Positions 60,777-64,000 of a stretch of DNA of 64,000 bases are shown piece after piece; within the stretch, counting starts at the first letter, position 1, and the number at the start of each line of letters is the position of its first letter. Source of the DNA: Schmidtea polychroa (Eukaryota); NCBI GenBank assembly GCA_044892525.1, contig CM097888.1, positions 71,424,001 to 71,488,000 on the forward strand. The letters are read 5' to 3'. A model generated the notes under the pieces. That model had not been told where the DNA came from and ran no database searches. It was given only the letters and a program-made list of their open reading frames with translations. The translations under genes were made by a program, and so were the position numbers.

Positions 60777-63700
60777 ATGGTTTTTGAATCGTTAGTTGTA
60801 GAGTTAATAAACAAATATCTAGGAGATTATGTTGTCAAACTTGACAAATCTCAATTAAAGTTGGGTCTTTTAGGAGGTTATACCATATTAAATTATTACT
60901 AAATCTAATGACATATTAGGCAATGCAACACTGGAAAACCTTGATATAAAAGAAAATGCGTTTGATGATTTTGATCTTCCGGTTAAGGTTCGACAGGGAC
61001 ATATAAGTTAGTTTTTTCAAAATTTTTTTCATGCTTATTAATTTTAATTTGAGTAAAAATTAAAATTTTTATTTAAATTTACTTTATTTTTTAATACAAA
61101 AATAATGAAATGATATCTATTACAATCGTATATCACTATTTTCGTTCCTGCTTTTTTGAGCAGCTATATTTTCTAATCTTTGTTCACAGGGAAACTATTG
61201 TTTGGATAGGATTATGATTTCGCTTAAAATTTATTAGCATTAAAATTGTGAAATTAGTTTGGTAATACAATGATTATTCTGAAAATCATTTTACATAATT
61301 ATGATACAAAGTTTAAAATTTAATCAATGAATAGTAAAAGTCATAAATTAAGTAACACTTTTAATATTTACTAAAATTTTAACTATTTTTCATTAATTTT
61401 CCAATTCTCTAATTAGTTTCTAATTGTCAGATTTGAAATAAGTTTTGTCTTTAAATTTATAAATTTGAAATTTAAATTTCGAGTTTTAAAGTAACTGAAA
61501 AATTTAAATTAATAATTCAAAACTTTGAATAATCAAAAATGTTTTGAATTGCTTTAAACCTTCAACTCTCAAAATTAAAGCAGGATTCATAGACATCGTA
61601 TTCTTCATCTATTTATCTTCATCACGTTTCCTGACATTTATTTTTAAAGAACGAACCACTTATATCAGGGCTTCTTAAACTTTTTTCATTCACGACCCCA
61701 TTTATGACTGTAAACCTTTTTTGTGACCCCTTATAATTTAAAATAAAGATATATAAATTTTTTGTGAAGATTTATTAATTAGGTAATAATATAGCGCAAA
61801 AATTGACTTTTCAGAGTTTAATTATAAACACAAGGATATGAAATTACAAATTCCACAAAAGTTGCAAAATTATATTTAATATAATTTCAAAAGTTATATT
61901 TTTCATCAAAACTGCATTTTTTTCATAAATACAATTACAAAAACATAAATATATAAAAATGAAAGAAAATTTAGCAAACTATTAGTCGCTGGTATATATT
62001 TGAATATCCAAATCCGTCTTATTTCATTCAAAAATATAAGTCCAGTGGTTAAGAATATAAAAAAAGGAAAAATTGTTTTTTAATGAGACGGGTGTGTTTG
62101 TTTATTACTACATAATAATTTCAATCTTGGTGCAATTTTTGACACTGCTGGACGTAAAATCTCTTCAACATTCTTAAGCGATAAACGATATTGGGATTTA
62201 ATATGTGTTAAGGCTGAAAAAAGAAGTTCACATAAATAGGTGGTGTTGAATGGCAGAAGAAGACTCATCATATTATCTTTTTCTCAGATTAGATACCTGT
62301 TTGTCAACGCTAAGTCCTGCTTTGAGAAACTTTATAGCATTGTCATCCGCGTCATCTCCTTTCTTACTTATTTTCAGCCATTTATCCATGGTCAAAATTA
62401 TTTAAATCCTAAATATTAATAAATATATAAAACTAACATTTTTCATCTAATAATTAATTTATTATTGACTACCTAAATTATTTTTGCGATTTCACTCCTG
62501 CGATGCTGTTTAAATGAGAAAATGACTAGTGAAATAGCAAAAACACTACAGTAGTTCAAACAATAAAAATGCAAAATATCAGTGCCTCCTAAATTCAATG
62601 ATATGAGACAAACTAGACTGTTACGCAACAATGAACATGTAAATAAATTTTAATCTGTTTGAAAGTATTGTTATATTTTAATGAAATTTAAGTACTGCAA
62701 ATCGCTAAATAGATCGTTAAAACATTCTACAATTATGCAATTTTATGTATTTGGATATTTTATATAAAATTTTCGTGACCCCAATATTTCGCAAGGCGAC
62801 CCCATTTGGGGTCGCGACCCATAGTTTAAGAAGCCCTGACTTATATGATATCTCTTGGGCGCTTTGCAGTATCTCTGTTGGGAAACGTCCATTCATTTAT
62901 TGCAATTTTACTACTTTCAGAATAAGAATATAAACAGGCAGTTTTGATATTTGTATATATTGAAATTATTATCATATTGTACTTTTTCACTAATACTTTT
63001 TCAGCACGTTAGTAAAATTGTATATTTTGACAAACAATAAGCATCCATTTATATGTTTAATGTTAAATTCCTCTGACGATAAAAATGTGTTTTATAAACA
63101 AATTAAATCAGAATTATATGAGCTAGGGATCCTTTTTCAGGTCTCACCATATGCAGCATGATTCTATTTTGATGGACAATAATTAACTCTTCCGTGTACA
63201 TTACGCTATCCATACAAAATGAGCGTATACACGCGTTTGACTGTATATTGATTTTACTAACTAAAATTAAGTGTTTAGTGTGACATAAAATGTTTTTAGA
63301 TTTTTGTTTTACTAGAAATTTCTCAGTCTGTAGTACAAATGATTTGCAGCGTTTAGAAGGTTAAACATGAATTTACATGGATTTTGTTTACTATATTTAA
63401 TGTCTTTAAAAACATTCATTGTCACGTATTTTTACACGACTTTTTGGACTGATCAGATTTCTCTATATCTCAATTTATTTGTAATGGATTGTTCTGATTT
63501 TTAGTTAAGGAATGAATTATGAATTCTGTACTGTCAGTTACTAAAATAATTTAAAGAACTCCAGTATTGAAATGTCCCCTAAAATTGGAATTTCTTTAAT
63601 TTTGTATACAAAAAAGTTTTACTTCATTCTTATTTAATTATAATTTATTTTCAAAGGTAAACTCACTTTAAAAATTCCCTGGAAACATCTATATTCAGAG

Positions 63701-64000
63701 CCAGTTATTGCAGAACTGGACGGATTATATGTTCTAATAATACCTAATTCTGGTAGAATATTTCTCATTTGATTTTCCATTTGAAATAGGAGTTAATTTT
63801 ATATAGAAATGAAATATGATCCTGATAAAGAACGATCATATATTTTTGAAACCAAACAGAAAGAATTAAACCGTATTGAAGAAAATAAACTAAAAAGAAA
63901 TGAGCCAAGTAATTTACTATTTTTCCTTTATTGAGTTAAATCCCCTCAGAGAAAGAAGCAGAAACCAAAGACTCATTTGGTGAAAAATTAGCGGCACAAA
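60777..64000 (+). CDS. VPS13: VPS13A/C-like lipid transfer protein, 5' part; exons 60777-60876, 60920-61006, 63657-63752, 63807-63908, 63950 to beyond 64000
   Basis: [19 protein letters not shown]...[48 protein letters not shown] and [10 protein letters not shown] match the chorein N-terminus; all introns are GT-AG and in frame. Confidence 0.93.
61666..62838 (-). mobile_element. Internally deleted Buster/Charlie hAT element (1173 bp) in VPS13 intron 2
   Basis: TIR CAGGGCTTCTTAAACT / AGTTTAAGAAGCCCTG and perfect TSD ACTTATAT. The MDKWLK start at 62389 is fused out of frame to LLPF.TTYLCE..FS...IK...R..HPSH. Confidence 0.93.

Overview
This is strongly AT-rich animal genomic DNA, not prokaryotic. 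It has 39-65 nt minimal introns and dense transposons; a planarian flatworm is my best guess, but a nematode is not excluded. Five spliced host genes were reconstructed by hand with consistent reading frames: TTC36 (-), a THAP-domain/CtBP-like fusion with a degenerate dehydrogenase domain (-), FOXRED1 (-), TTC7 (+) and the 5' end of VPS13 (+). There is also a CCT3 pseudogene fragment. The rest is mobile DNA: Buster- and Tip100/ZMYM-type hAT elements with perfect 8-bp TSDs (one nested three deep), piggyBac-like MITEs, a Penelope-like element with a probable hammerhead, a miniature gypsy element with a tRNA-Leu PBS, and mariner/Tigger remnants. The most unusual signal is a family of long solo-LTR-like units; the four 5' ends visible start TGTTGGGCT, and three units end in CCAACA or a variant with 4-bp TSDs. 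Four copies carry the same multi-hairpin RNA motif with compensatory base changes. Two copies carry a spliced gene for an unknown ~250-aa protein showing signs of purifying selection. No tRNA, rRNA or CRISPR array was seen. All homology calls come from recognising motifs by eye and from memory; no search was run.
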